DNA of 64,000 nucleotides from assembly GCA_039809245.1 (NCBI GenBank), contig JBDHUP010000001.1:30934-94933 (forward strand), read 5' to 3'. The position numbers and the translations under genes are program-made. The notes below the pieces were generated by a model. That model had not been told where the DNA came from. It made no database searches and was given only the letters and a program-made list of their open reading frames with translations. Source of the DNA: Minisyncoccia bacterium. GTDB lineage: Bacteria; Patescibacteriota; Minisyncoccia; Phycocordibacterales; UBA9973. Below are positions 46,913 to 57,423 of the stretch, one piece after another. Numbering within the stretch: position 1 is the first letter of the stretch; each line of letters opens with the position of its first letter.

Positions 46913-48397
46913 TTACTTCTCTAAATCTAAAATGTCATCTATTCTTATCTGCTCTACGAATTCTGGAACGTGGGAAACTAGGATCATAGCACCTTGGTAT
47001 TCATCTAGAGCTTTAGCGATAACTGGTAAGTGTCTGAAGTTTATATGGTTAGTCGGTTCATCGAGTATTAGTAATCCGGGTTTAAGTAGCACTAAGCTTG
47101 CAAAAGCAACTAAGCCTTTCTGCCCTTCTGAGAGTGAACCGATCTTGGTATAAACCATATCTCCAACTATCAGGAACGATGCCGCTACTGCGCGGATATG
47201 CTGTTCATCTACTCGACCAGTAACTTCACGAGATATCTCGGATAGTGACTCAATAACTGTATGATCGAAGTTTAGAGTTGAAAAGTCTTGACGATAGTAT
47301 CCAACTCGTACACCTTTGGCAATAGTCGCTCCTTCAGCCGTACCTTTTGCAAGTGATTCAAGTAATGTGCTTTTACCTATTCCATTTGGACCAGATAGAA
47401 GTAAGTGTTTATTTTTCCTCAATGAAAGACTAACTTTCTTTTTAGATGGTTTACCTTTTTTAAGAATTGAAACTAATGAGAGGGTTAAGATGTCCCCTAT
47501 CAAGTCACCTTGGAATGGAATTGTGAATGGTCGGATTGTTTTATCTTCTTTACGAACATCTACTTTCTCATCTTCAAGTTCTGCGGCAAGATCACGCATA
47601 CGCTTGGCTACTGCACGTAAGTTACCCCCTTTCATAGCGAAAGCATTTGCTTGATCTTTCTTGGCTTGTATTTCTTTCGAAAGAAGTGCATTCTTTCTAT
47701 TCTCACGCTCCATACGAGCTACTATCTGATCACGAACATCTGTATAGTTACCTACATATTGTTCAATCTTCCTAGTGTATACATCTAAGTAAAGAACAGC
47801 GTCAGTAAAAGCATTTAGGAAGTGAGCATCATGGGAAATAACTATTACGGTCTTTTTATATTTAATAAGGAAATCTGTAAGGTGGGCAATCCCTGCTTTA
47901 TCTAAGTTATTCGTCGGCTCATCGAGTAGAAGAATATCTGGTTCCTGAATTAGAGCACTTGCAAGCAGGAGTCGCGCTTGTTGACCACCAGAGAAAGAGC
48001 GTACTGTCCTGTCATGAACTTTCTCGTGGCCTTTCAAGTTTACAACTTCAAGGACATCATCAATACGAGGATCAATATCGTATATTTTTTTATCGAAACA
48101 TTTCTCGAAGAATGCTCGCACTGAGAGGTCTAATTCATCACGAGGAATAACCTGTCGAGAAAGAGCAATAGTAGTACGCTGAGCTAGATTTATATTCCCA
48201 TTCTCTGGAGTATGAGCTCCTGTTATAAGACCGAAAAGTGTACTCTTACCAGCACCATTCTGACCCATAATAGTCACCTTCATTCCGCGACGAATAGAAA
48301 AATCGACCTCTTCTAGGATAGGTTTATTATGCCCGTATTCAAATGAAACTTTCTCGAATCGTATTACGACTTCTCCATGTGAGGTATTTTGCGCCAT
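46913..48397 (-). CDS. ABC-F family ATPase: two tandem ABC domains, no TMD
   Basis: 494 aa. Walker A GQNGAGKST and GPNGIGKSTL. Two LSGGQ-type signatures (FSGGQQARL, LSEGQKGLV). Confidence 0.8.
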   Translation of the reverse strand: MAQNTSHGEVVIRFEKVSFEYGHNKPILEEVDFSIRRGMKVTIMGQNGAGKSTLFGLITGAHTPENGNINLAQRTTIALSRQVIPRDELDLSVRAFFEKCFDKKIYDIDPRIDDVLEVVNLKGHEKVHDRTVRSFSGGQQARLLLASALIQEPDILLLDEPTNNLDKAGIAHLTDFLIKYKKTVIVISHDAHFLNAFTDAVLYLDVYTRKIEQYVGNYTDVRDQIVARMERENRKNALLSKEIQAKKDQANAFAMKGGNLRAVAKRMRDLAAELEDEKVDVRKEDKTIRPFTIPFQGDLIGDILTLSLVSILKKGKPSKKKVSLSLRKNKHLLLSGPNGIGKSTLLESLAKGTAEGATIAKGVRVGYYRQDFSTLNFDHTVIESLSEISREVTGRVDEQHIRAVAASFLIVGDMVYTKIGSLSEGQKGLVAFASLVLLKPGLLILDEPTNHINFRHLPVIAKALDEYQGAMILVSHVPEFVEQIRIDDILDLEK

Positions 48398-48447
48398 AAG
48401 TTTCTATACTACCGTATTTAATAGTAATCTGCTAGTTATTTTTAATT

Positions 48448-48819
48448 TTAATTTAAAATACTGTTTATTTTCTTAATATCACGATCAATAGCAACAGCAA
48501 GCTCGTCTGAGTCTGCAAACTTCCTAACTTCTCTTATACGCTCCACTATATCAACTTCTATATCTATATTTTCAGTTTTTGGAACAGTATTATCATTAAT
48601 ACCGATAAGGTGGACTTCCATTGTTTTGTCACTCAAATCAAAAGTCGGGATTGATCCATAATGAAGAGCCCCTTTGTAAGTTTTCCCGTTTATTACTACC
48701 CAAGCAGCGTAAATACCCTCATCTAATACTAGATCTTTAGATACTACGAGGTTTATAGTCGGAAACCCCACAGAGTGACCTCTACCCTCTCCTCTAATTT
48801 GTTTGGTTACTATTAACAT
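48448..48819 (-). CDS. Riboflavin kinase (monofunctional RibF C-terminal-domain type)
   Basis: 123 aa. GRGHSVGFPTINL matches the flavokinase GRG..lGfPTaNl motif. Beta-barrel-sized protein. Confidence 0.55.
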   Translation of the reverse strand: MLIVTKQIRGEGRGHSVGFPTINLVVSKDLVLDEGIYAAWVVINGKTYKGALHYGSIPTFDLSDKTMEVHLIGINDNTVPKTENIDIEVDIVERIREVRKFADSDELAVAIDRDIKKINSILN

Positions 48820-49723
48820 CTGATTGTAATCGAGCTATTTTATAAATAGCAAAACAAAGAATAATTCCAGCGATCCATTGAGATAAAGCTAGTACATCAT
48901 TATAAAGGAATATACCGATAATAACTGCCACTAATGGATAGAAAAGTTCTAAAATCGTTGATACGTGGACCGGAGTGTCTTTCAAGCCTTTGTAATAAAT
49001 ATATAAACCAACCATACCTGAAGTAAGTGCAATAATTATAAAAGCTCCGTAGTTTATCGTGGTTGGCATAGATAGACTTGAACCATAACCAAGTATAATT
49101 ATTAATATTAAGGAAATGATAGCAGTAAAGAAAAATCTATACAGTGTTGTCGTTTGATGAGAAACACGAGAGAGAATCATTTTAGAGAAAGTCGTTGATG
49201 TCCCCCACGCGAATGCTGCTCCGACTGCATAGAGCGCTGCTTTTATAGTATCGCCCCCTGTAGCGAAATTAATATGGCCATTTTTAAACGTCACAAAGTA
49301 AGCAGCGACAAATGCAAGAATAGCCCACTTGATATACCTCTTATCAAATCTTTCTTTCAAGAAAATAGACGCTGTGGTAATGGCAAAGATTGGTTGGAGC
49401 TTCTGAAGTAAGAAAACAACAGAGAATGAGATAAACATTGTCTTTAGAAGTGCTGTTGTAAACCAAAGAGTCCCTAAAAGTCCACTTAGGATTGAGACAA
49501 GTATCAATAGCCAGAAATCTTTTCTACCTATCCTCTCAACTTTTACAACTTTCCATACAAATGGGAAAAGAATCACAAGACCTATTAGATGCTCGAAAAA
49601 TATGATAGTAATCGGTGGAATGCCACCCAATGTCCTTCTAAGAATACCATCTAGCCCCCACAGTAGTGCTGCAATAATAATAAGGATTGGGCCATTAAAA
49701 CCCATACTTTTCGATATTTTCAT
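48794..49723 (-). CDS. EamA/DMT-superfamily transporter, 10 TM helices
   Basis: 309 aa. Two 5-TM halves. W/G-rich EamA-like helices. Confidence 0.6.
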   Translation of the reverse strand: MKISKSMGFNGPILIIIAALLWGLDGILRRTLGGIPPITIIFFEHLIGLVILFPFVWKVVKVERIGRKDFWLLILVSILSGLLGTLWFTTALLKTMFISFSVVFLLQKLQPIFAITTASIFLKERFDKRYIKWAILAFVAAYFVTFKNGHINFATGGDTIKAALYAVGAAFAWGTSTTFSKMILSRVSHQTTTLYRFFFTAIISLILIIILGYGSSLSMPTTINYGAFIIIALTSGMVGLYIYYKGLKDTPVHVSTILELFYPLVAVIIGIFLYNDVLALSQWIAGIILCFAIYKIARLQSDVNSNQTN

Positions 49724-49811
49724 ATTGGCTTAGTATAACATAGAGCGTTACCTTAATAGCAAGAAATCTGATATAATATACTTACTATCAATTATATTTA
49801 TATTATTTATC

Positions 49812-51011
49812 ATGAAAGAAGCTAAAAAAATTAATATGGAACTCGGAGGCAAAGAAGGCGGAAAGAATATCGGCCCTAAAATAAACAGAGAAGCAGTTGA
49901 TGCTTGGCTTTCAAAGTTTCCTAAAAATGAAGGGGGCGATTTATCATTAAAAGTAAATAGATTAAAAAACGAAGCACCCGCTTCTGTAAAAGAAGCTAAA
50001 GTAGCAGAAGCTCTTAAGATGGCAGAAGATTCATACCCCCCACAACCTGAAAAAGTCGCACCTGAGCCAGTAATAACTATTGAAAATACAAAAACTGAAG
50101 ATAAAAAAGAGAATAAGTTTTTAGCTGGAATTAAAAAACTTTTTGGTGGAAGAAATACAAAAAAGGCAGTTATAAGTGGATTAGCCTTAGGATCTGCTCT
50201 ATCTGCTCAAGGACAAAATATAAACCAACAAGCTGATCAAGCATTTGTAAAAAATAGTAATGCAAAAGAATACAAAATTGGAGGAAATGAAACAAAACCT
50301 GAAGCAAGAAAAGTTTCTAAGGTTCCAGAAGGATATACACCAGATGGAAAAGAAGGCACGAGAGAATATTATAAAAAAGTAACTTCAAATCAAAATGGCG
50401 TGGAAATGGCGGTTTCAGGTGGCCCACAAGGTGATAATTCAAAGTTCTTAATTGAAAAACTTGGACAAGGAGTAACTCCAGACGAATTAGTTGCAAAAGG
50501 TCACGCCACAAAAGAAGGTATTAAAAAATTCGAAAAGTATTACAAACCATCTTCTTCAGTAGATAGAGTATATATAGAACCATCAAAAGAAATTAAAAAA
50601 GCTGATCCATATGCAGCTTTTGCAATATCAGGAGAAGGTGTATACCTACCTGGAGTAAGTGGACCTAATGCTGGTCAGATGTACTACTTATCTATGGGAT
50701 CAAAGAATGCTTGGGAATCTGGAATGACTAACACATCCCTTGAACCATGTGTGGTTCGTCTTGAGAATCCTAATGGGAAATATATAGATACTACTGTTAA
50801 ACTTTATTCAATTGAAGATAGAAATAAATACTTCGATATAAGTGGTAGACATTTACTTCCAGGAGCATTTGAAGCTTTGAAAAAAGTGGCAGAAGAGCAA
50901 ATGAAGGAAGTGAATAATAGTAGTGAAGAAAAAATACAGCAGTTAGGAGCAGACTACACAACTAAAGCAGATACAGTTAAATTACCAGGATCAAACATTG
51001 AAGGAAAATAA
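49812..51011 (+). CDS. Hypothetical Lys-rich protein with an internal hydrophobic segment
   Basis: 399 aa. Hydrophobic stretch AVISGLALGSALSA at about aa 120. No motif. Confidence 0.35.
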   Translation: MKEAKKINMELGGKEGGKNIGPKINREAVDAWLSKFPKNEGGDLSLKVNRLKNEAPASVKEAKVAEALKMAEDSYPPQPEKVAPEPVITIENTKTEDKKENKFLAGIKKLFGGRNTKKAVISGLALGSALSAQGQNINQQADQAFVKNSNAKEYKIGGNETKPEARKVSKVPEGYTPDGKEGTREYYKKVTSNQNGVEMAVSGGPQGDNSKFLIEKLGQGVTPDELVAKGHATKEGIKKFEKYYKPSSSVDRVYIEPSKEIKKADPYAAFAISGEGVYLPGVSGPNAGQMYYLSMGSKNAWESGMTNTSLEPCVVRLENPNGKYIDTTVKLYSIEDRNKYFDISGRHLLPGAFEALKKVAEEQMKEVNNSSEEKIQQLGADYTTKADTVKLPGSNIEGK

Positions 51012-51020
51012 TAATATTCA

Positions 51021-51052
51021 TAAAACACCTCGATCTATCGAGGTGTTTTATG
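51021..51052 (+). terminator. Rho-independent terminator
   Basis: AAACACCTCGA-TCTA-TCGAGGTGTTT followed by a T-rich tail. Confidence 0.6.
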
Positions 51053-51162
51053 TTGACTAGGTTGTAAAAAATGTTCTGCTTCTAAAAATGCACCTACTGT
51101 ATTTTGACGCGCGTATATATTAGTAGGTTCGAAATTATTAGTTAATTAAGAAATTTAAATTT

Positions 51163-51849
51163 ATGACAAAAAAAGGAACAGTTATCGCGCTTGCAGCAGT
51201 TATGTTCACTGCTTCAGCACTTGGATTCAGTGGAGTAGCGCTTGCTGATAATACTGATACATCATGGAAAGAAAGCCAAAATGCTATTAAGAATTATATC
51301 AAGCATGCCCCTGGAGTTATGGGTAAAGTAACAGCTATAAATGGATCAACAATCACAGTAGAAGGTAAGAATAATACTGTTTATACAGTAGATGCCTCTA
51401 CAGCCAAGATTCTAAAGAATAGGAATACTGTTATCACTATCGCTGATATAAAAGTCGGTGACACTATAATGGCTCAAGGAACTGTTACGGGCACCAATGT
51501 GGTGGCTACAACAGTCTTTGATGGTAAACCTCTAATGGGTAAGAAGCATAATGGCAACTTCCCTGGAGTTATGGGAATAGTTAGTAATGTAAACGGGTCA
51601 ACATTCCAAGTTACAGACAAGAATAACACAATCTACACTGTAACGACGACAACTGACACCAAGATAAAGAAAGGTAATCCCCCAGTAGCAGCTACAATCA
51701 CTGATATCCTAAATGGAGACGCTGTCATGGTTCGTGGAGCTGTAAATGGCAGTACTGTCAGTGCTGAGAGTATATTTGATGGTAAACTTGGAACGCACAG
51801 AGGAAAAGGCTTCCTACGTGGCAACCACAAAGGTAAAATAACTCAATAA
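51163..51849 (+). CDS. Secreted protein with two DUF5666-like repeats
   Basis: 228 aa. Signal peptide MTKKGTVIALAAVMFTASALGFSGVALA. Two about 85-aa repeats, each PGVMG.V...NGST..V..KNNT.YTV...T..TKI. Confidence 0.5.
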   Translation: MTKKGTVIALAAVMFTASALGFSGVALADNTDTSWKESQNAIKNYIKHAPGVMGKVTAINGSTITVEGKNNTVYTVDASTAKILKNRNTVITIADIKVGDTIMAQGTVTGTNVVATTVFDGKPLMGKKHNGNFPGVMGIVSNVNGSTFQVTDKNNTIYTVTTTTDTKIKKGNPPVAATITDILNGDAVMVRGAVNGSTVSAESIFDGKLGTHRGKGFLRGNHKGKITQ

Positions 51850-51871
51850 AATAATAAGAAGTCTCTATCTT

Positions 51872-51903
51872 TAAAACACCCCTTATATAGGGGTGTTTTA
51901 ATA
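51872..51903 (+). terminator. Rho-independent terminator
   Basis: AAAACACCCC-TTATATA-GGGGTGTTTT. Confidence 0.5.
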
Positions 51904-51980
51904 TATTAGGCCATAAAATCTCTACATTGACAATGCACTAATTTAGGTGTATAATACAAGCTCACCAAAAAGTTCTTTTT

Positions 51981-52241
51981 ATGAATAAAAAAATAGTTCT
52001 AAATCCTGTGAAAACAAAAGGAGTATGGTTCCTTAGTATACGATCAATTATGGCAGGAGTATGGATATCTGAATTAGAATCCATAGAGAAAAGTGGTTTT
52101 TTTATAACAAGCGAACTTATAGATTTAGGTTCACTTGAATATGGATTTTTTATTATAGTGATAAATTCCGAAAATGCTTTAGTTAGCATAAAGAATTTTT
52201 CAAAATTAAAAAGTTGTACTTTCGAAAACAAAATTACTTAA
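51981..52241 (+). CDS. Small hypothetical protein
   Basis: 86-aa ORF between two terminators. Weak call. Confidence 0.2.
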   Translation: MNKKIVLNPVKTKGVWFLSIRSIMAGVWISELESIEKSGFFITSELIDLGSLEYGFFIIVINSENALVSIKNFSKLKSCTFENKIT

Positions 52242-52264
52242 AACAAGTAAAAACAACATCCTAT

Positions 52265-52300
52265 GAAACCCTCGGTATTCCGCGGGTTTCTTTTTTATTT
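52265..52300. terminator. Rho-independent, likely bidirectional terminator
   Basis: GAAACCCTCGG-TATT-CCGCGGGTTTC followed by TTTTTTAT. The 52295..53056 minus-strand gene ends here. Confidence 0.45.
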
Positions 52301-53056
52301 AATTAAGAAATCTTTAATCTCTGATAACTTTACTTTAAACGGTATCGCCCCAAGCGCCCCCGGACCGATCTCATATTTATCAAAATAGATTACTAAATTA
52401 CCTTTATCGTCATATGCCCAATTTGAAAGATCTGAAAAATTCAATTTATTAACTTCATCTTTGAAAACTACAGTTCCCTCTACCCCTTCTGGTCTCCAGT
52501 TAATTAATTTCTTTTTTAAGAAATCCATAAAAGATTGCTGATGACTAGAATCTATAACATCCGACAAAGCAAGTATGTGACCATTAGTTAAAGATGCAGT
52601 GAAGACCTTATATATATTATTACCATTTGCTCCTCCTGTATAAACATACTCATCTATAATTATAGATTCAGTTTTTTCATTTTTTATATGATTTGCTTGG
52701 ATATCTAACTCATAATTTGCTGTTGGACTATCGCTGCCAAACTTAGCACGCATATCTGGAACATCAACATCAGCAGATTGCTTGAAAGTCAGTATTTCAT
52801 CTTCAATATACTTCTCTGCTGTCTGTGCAAGAACTGATGAACCTTCGATAACAGACTTGGTCCCTGTAAAATTATTTTCCAAAATATCCTCATCTTTAAT
52901 AGTAATCGGCGATGGAACATAAGGCTCCTCTTGTTTATCTACGATATTTTCTGATGTGGGATTAATATTGATTGTTTTTTTCTTAAATATAACTATACAG
53001 AGAGCTATTATAATAACTATCAATATGGTTATGATTATTTTTGCTTCTTTTTTCAT
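52295..53056 (-). CDS. Hypothetical membrane-anchored/secreted protein
   Basis: 253 aa. N-terminal TM KIIITILIVIIIALCIVIF. Confidence 0.4.
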   Translation of the reverse strand: MKKEAKIIITILIVIIIALCIVIFKKKTININPTSENIVDKQEEPYVPSPITIKDEDILENNFTGTKSVIEGSSVLAQTAEKYIEDEILTFKQSADVDVPDMRAKFGSDSPTANYELDIQANHIKNEKTESIIIDEYVYTGGANGNNIYKVFTASLTNGHILALSDVIDSSHQQSFMDFLKKKLINWRPEGVEGTVVFKDEVNKLNFSDLSNWAYDDKGNLVIYFDKYEIGPGALGAIPFKVKLSEIKDFLIK

Positions 53057-53080
53057 ATGTTTTAATTATAACATTTAATC

Positions 53081-53113
53081 AAAAAACCGCCCTTAATGGA
53101 CGGTTTTTTGATT
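53081..53113 (-). terminator. Rho-independent terminator
   Basis: Palindrome AAAAAACCGCCC-TTAA-TGGACGGTTTTTT, flanked by A-run and T-run on both strands. Confidence 0.55.
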
Positions 53114-53117
53114 TTTA

Positions 53118-54056
53118 TTATTGACCTACTTGTATTCCACCTTTTAAATCTATGTTTATAGCCTTATTATTATCCTCATTCTCTTTTTCATTTTCGTTTT
53201 CAATATCACCATCATCATCTTTTTCCATAGAATCATCAGATTGGAGCTTTATATCAGTCTTTATAGAACTATCATCTCTTTGAGATTTATCATCTATGTC
53301 AGTATCTTTTTCTTCATACATTTCACCACCTAAGTAGAATCTAGGTTTCCCTTCATCAGAAGATTCAATTTTAAGAGAACTGCCTGTCTTTAATTTAAAG
53401 TCTTCTCTTGAATTACCCGAAAGGTCTACTCCTACTGAGACACTTGAATCTATTTCTCCACCAGTTGCTTTTACAGAATTGTCTTTATCTAAAGCAACAT
53501 CTGCATTACTTCTAGACTCAGCTTTGATAACTGAAGCAAAAACATACTCTCCTGCTAAAGTTGTATGTAGAGACTGGTCTGCTAGGACATCAAGTTTGAT
53601 ATTTGTATTGGCACCTTTTTTAACTACAACTTTTCCACCAACAACAACCTTTGATGAAGGAAGAACTGCTTTTACATCACCTTTTGATTTCGTATTTACG
53701 ACTACATCACCTAGAGTGACTCTGACCTTATCGTAAGTTCCTGCTGAAACATCAGCTTTTGCATATAATTCAGTTTTACCACTTTCATTTAGAGAAAGAA
53801 GTTTATAAGACTTACTATTTGAAGCCACATTAACCCAACCTTTCGTTGCGCTGTATAATTCTACCTTGTTAACTGACATATTTACTTCATTTACATCAGA
53901 TATATCAGCTGTAGCATCTGTAATGCCAATGTATAAACTACCTGCATTATCTGGTTTTTGACTCCTTTGATACTGTAAAAAACCAGCAATAACACCTATA
54001 ACTATTATTACCCCTATAATAACCCCTGTTCCTGTATTGTTTTTCATATAATTCAC
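53118..54056 (-). CDS. Hypothetical membrane-anchored protein with acidic C-terminal tail
   Basis: 312 aa. N-terminal TM. C-terminal Asp/Glu-rich low-complexity tail (DDGDIENENEKENEDNN). Confidence 0.4.
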   Translation of the reverse strand: MNYMKNNTGTGVIIGVIIVIGVIAGFLQYQRSQKPDNAGSLYIGITDATADISDVNEVNMSVNKVELYSATKGWVNVASNSKSYKLLSLNESGKTELYAKADVSAGTYDKVRVTLGDVVVNTKSKGDVKAVLPSSKVVVGGKVVVKKGANTNIKLDVLADQSLHTTLAGEYVFASVIKAESRSNADVALDKDNSVKATGGEIDSSVSVGVDLSGNSREDFKLKTGSSLKIESSDEGKPRFYLGGEMYEEKDTDIDDKSQRDDSSIKTDIKLQSDDSMEKDDDGDIENENEKENEDNNKAINIDLKGGIQVGQ

Positions 54057-54145
54057 TAATTTTATGTCTAATAATGGATAGGTAAAAACCTAGCATTATT
54101 ATACCCTTATAACTAAGTAGAATCAATTTTATAGAAAATAGCCTT

Positions 54146-55153
54146 TTAATTGCTATTTATAAGGAATTTAAAGCTTTTTATCACCTTTTCTAAATCATTT
54201 TTTATAACAGATTTATCAAACTCCTTTATCCCCTGCTCAGGTGAGTAATTACCAATATTTGTAGAGTGTATGGTGTACTCAATAGCATAACAATCACCAT
54301 CAACTATTCCTCTATAACCAGTAGTGTCATAGTAGTTACCAGCTCCAGCATCACTAGTCGTAAATTTAACAAAATCATATCCACCCAATTTAACCTTTTC
54401 TGTAATGCTATCTTTATTCTCTTGATTTATTATTCCGGTTGTATCATCACAACTTCTAATAACCTTTTCATCGCTTGATCTTCCTACAGTCAGTTTCACT
54501 CCTGAGAAATTTGTTTTTGGTATATATACCTTCGGAACAAACATCTGGGCAAGCAGTGTCCCTTTATCAGTATTACTAATTCTCCAGTCTGTAGTAGGAG
54601 TTGAATCACCCTCTACAACATAGAAAAAAGAATTATGATCAAATGAAAAAACGTCGTTTGAATCTTTAAAATTATCTACGCAGTTTTCTGATTTTGTAAA
54701 TGTAGATTTAGGATCATAGGTAACATTATTTATATCCTTAAATAATTCTTTGCCATTTTCCATCTTTACATCACCAAAGCCCTGTATCAGCTTGTCTCCA
54801 TCTTTTTTAAAAATAACTTGCCTATCGGAATGCATCCCCTCAGAATCAAAAGAATAGTTACCTATTAGTAATCCATCAGAAAATGTCCCGCTAAATGTTC
54901 CAGAGGAACTATCTTTCTCAAAATTATTATAAGATAGTATACCTTTTAAAGTTCCATTATCTTCGGAGGATATCATCAATGTATAAATATCTTTACCTGT
55001 ATGGTTAACATAACATCCTATTAATGATTTAGAATCTGAGACAATGTTACTATTATCTTCTATTTTTTGAGTTTTTATAAAGTGGTACAATCCTATTCCC
55101 AACAAAATAACAATAATAATTAGGAGTAGTATATTTTTTGCAAATCTAGTCAT
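54146..55153 (-). CDS. Hypothetical membrane-anchored/secreted protein
   Basis: 335 aa. N-terminal TM ILLLIIIVILLGIGLYHFI. Confidence 0.4.
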   Translation of the reverse strand: MTRFAKNILLLIIIVILLGIGLYHFIKTQKIEDNSNIVSDSKSLIGCYVNHTGKDIYTLMISSEDNGTLKGILSYNNFEKDSSSGTFSGTFSDGLLIGNYSFDSEGMHSDRQVIFKKDGDKLIQGFGDVKMENGKELFKDINNVTYDPKSTFTKSENCVDNFKDSNDVFSFDHNSFFYVVEGDSTPTTDWRISNTDKGTLLAQMFVPKVYIPKTNFSGVKLTVGRSSDEKVIRSCDDTTGIINQENKDSITEKVKLGGYDFVKFTTSDAGAGNYYDTTGYRGIVDGDCYAIEYTIHSTNIGNYSPEQGIKEFDKSVIKNDLEKVIKSFKFLINSN

Positions 55154-55177
55154 GTATTTATTATAGCATTAATAAAT

Positions 55178-56182
55178 TTAGTTTATTTCTATGTCTACAT
55201 AAGCTATCTGTGGGAATTTTTCTATTATATTCTTTTCTACTAGATCTATATGATTACCCACGAGTCGAGGGATACGATCAGTGGTCTTAAACATTAACTT
55301 TGCAAACTCCTTAAAGTCATTTTTAACACCTTCAAATTCTTCTTTAAGATCTCCGGCTTCATAAATCTCTTCATAGAGCGGTGAGCCATTCCATTCTACA
55401 GTGGCAAAGATTCTATATCTACCTATATCAACAGCGACTGACTTGAATTCGACTATATGCTCTATGCACGGATCTTTTTGAAGTTCTTCTATTATTTCTT
55501 CTGTAATCTTTTCATTTAAAGGTTTTCCTATTATATATTGGTGGTTCTTTCTAATTAAGATAATCGCTAAGAAACCTAGTATTAAACCTACAATTATTCC
55601 ACCGATGGCGTCGTAAGTTATATCACCCGTTATATAAGTTATCCATTGAGCAATAAGAGCAATAATAACGCCAAGAACCGCTGCTCCATCTTCATATATT
55701 ATTGCAAGTAATACAGGATCAGCTTCTTTAAAAATATCTTTTGAAAATTTTTGTCCTTTTATAAGCTCTTTAAGGGCAAGGCAGAGTGTAATACTCTCAA
55801 CCACGAGAGCAATTAATAATATAACTATGCTAACAGAACTAAATACATAGATCTCACTTCCCTTATGAAGTAGAGAATCAATAGAGTGGTAAACTGTAAT
55901 ACCAGAACCAATAAAAAGTATCCCGCAAGCAGATATTAGAGACCAGAAAAATCTTTCAATACCATATCCATATCCATGAATATTATCAGCAGGTTTCTTG
56001 GAACGTTTAAGTCCTATTAATAGTAAAGACTGGTTAAGAGTGTCAGCAAGACTATGTATACTTTCGGCAAACATACTAGCCGAACCAGTAATAAAAAATA
56101 TTACTGCTTTAATAATAGTCACAAATACATTGCCGAAAAGTGCAGCTGTTACTGACCTTTTACCGTGAGTCTGATTTATCAT
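55178..56182 (-). CDS. Cation diffusion facilitator (CDF) family metal efflux transporter
   Basis: 334 aa. HSLADTLNQ in TM2. About 5-6 TM. C-terminal cytoplasmic domain. Confidence 0.7.
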   Translation of the reverse strand: MINQTHGKRSVTAALFGNVFVTIIKAVIFFITGSASMFAESIHSLADTLNQSLLLIGLKRSKKPADNIHGYGYGIERFFWSLISACGILFIGSGITVYHSIDSLLHKGSEIYVFSSVSIVILLIALVVESITLCLALKELIKGQKFSKDIFKEADPVLLAIIYEDGAAVLGVIIALIAQWITYITGDITYDAIGGIIVGLILGFLAIILIRKNHQYIIGKPLNEKITEEIIEELQKDPCIEHIVEFKSVAVDIGRYRIFATVEWNGSPLYEEIYEAGDLKEEFEGVKNDFKEFAKLMFKTTDRIPRLVGNHIDLVEKNIIEKFPQIAYVDIEIN

Positions 56183-56197
56183 ATTTTAATTAAAACT

Positions 56198-56638
56198 CTA
56201 ACTTCTAAAACCCAACTCACCTCTTCTGCTTTTGACTGCAAGTAATGCTAAAACTAATGCATAAACGACATGGTCATCTATTATTGGATTATTCTCTGGG
56301 AACAATAAGGCAAGCCACATTAAGACCATCATTATAATTCCAGCGACAGCAGCCAGTTCAACAAACTTATTAAATAAGAGAGCCAAACCAATAAAAAGTA
56401 ACCCGGCCATAAATATCCAATCTATAGCAGCAACCCCAGCAAGACTATTAAAAAAATTAGCAAGTGGCCCCTTTACCCCAAATTTAAGAAATCCAAATGT
56501 TGGAGACCCTCCATTTATCCAAGCTTTATCCGGTGTGGTCGCAAAACCTAATCCAAATAATTTATCAAAAAACGCCCAGAGAAAGATGAAAGACATAACA
56601 AAACGTAACTTTAGATAGATAATTTTTTGTATATTCAT
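56198..56638 (-). CDS. DoxX-family membrane protein
   Basis: 146 aa, about 4 TM, DoxX-like topology. Confidence 0.45.
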   Translation of the reverse strand: MNIQKIIYLKLRFVMSFIFLWAFFDKLFGLGFATTPDKAWINGGSPTFGFLKFGVKGPLANFFNSLAGVAAIDWIFMAGLLFIGLALLFNKFVELAAVAGIIMMVLMWLALLFPENNPIIDDHVVYALVLALLAVKSRRGELGFRS

Positions 56639-56682
56639 ATGATTATATTATATCAAGATATTAAAAAAATACATATATAGAT

Positions 56683-57309
56683 TTAAACAGTCGGATTTTG
56701 TTTTAAATCTTGGAATGCTTTATCAATTTCTTGAACAGTCCAACCCTTTAGAACAAGTGAGTTATATATAAGGTTGTTTTCAACTCCATTAGCTTTTTCT
56801 TTTTTAATATAATCGAGTATTGATTCTTTATTATTAGTACTTTGTGCAGATTTGTTTGCCTGTATAACAGGTTTTAGTATTGGACTAACAGGCATAGGAG
56901 AATGCTTCATTTTAAACAATCTTCGTACCTCTCCACCTCCTAAAGAAACTACATCATAACCATTAAACGCAACTATAAGCGTAGCTACTAATACTAAAAT
57001 TACCTGTGGGTTTAGGTTATTAAATCCAGAAATTACAATTGAAGCTCCTGTGAAAATAGTTAAGATAACAGCACTAGCTCTTGAATATACACCTAAGAGT
57101 AAAGCAAGCCCAAAAACAATCTCAATAGCTCCACTAAAATGCACGAGTGTTTCAGAATCTAGTGGTGAATTAGCAATAATAAAATTTGGCATAGATTCTA
57201 TCCATTGGTGAGTATACACAAAATGTTGAAACCCGAAGAAAAGATAGGATAATGAGACTCCGATACGGATTATGGCACAAGTTATAGATGAAAAAAATTT
57301 TATCTTCAT
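56683..57309 (-). CDS. DoxX-family membrane protein with soluble C-terminal extension
   Basis: 208 aa. N-terminal 4-TM DoxX-like segment plus an about 70-aa hydrophilic tail. Confidence 0.5.
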   Translation of the reverse strand: MKIKFFSSITCAIIRIGVSLSYLFFGFQHFVYTHQWIESMPNFIIANSPLDSETLVHFSGAIEIVFGLALLLGVYSRASAVILTIFTGASIVISGFNNLNPQVILVLVATLIVAFNGYDVVSLGGGEVRRLFKMKHSPMPVSPILKPVIQANKSAQSTNNKESILDYIKKEKANGVENNLIYNSLVLKGWTVQEIDKAFQDLKQNPTV

Positions 57310-57423
57310 AAAATATTATTTTAATTACCTACTAGTAACAACGACAATAATACATACAATTATTAATGCTATACATATGAAATTTAAATTTTTATTATTC
57401 ATATAAATACCTTAAAAAAAATA

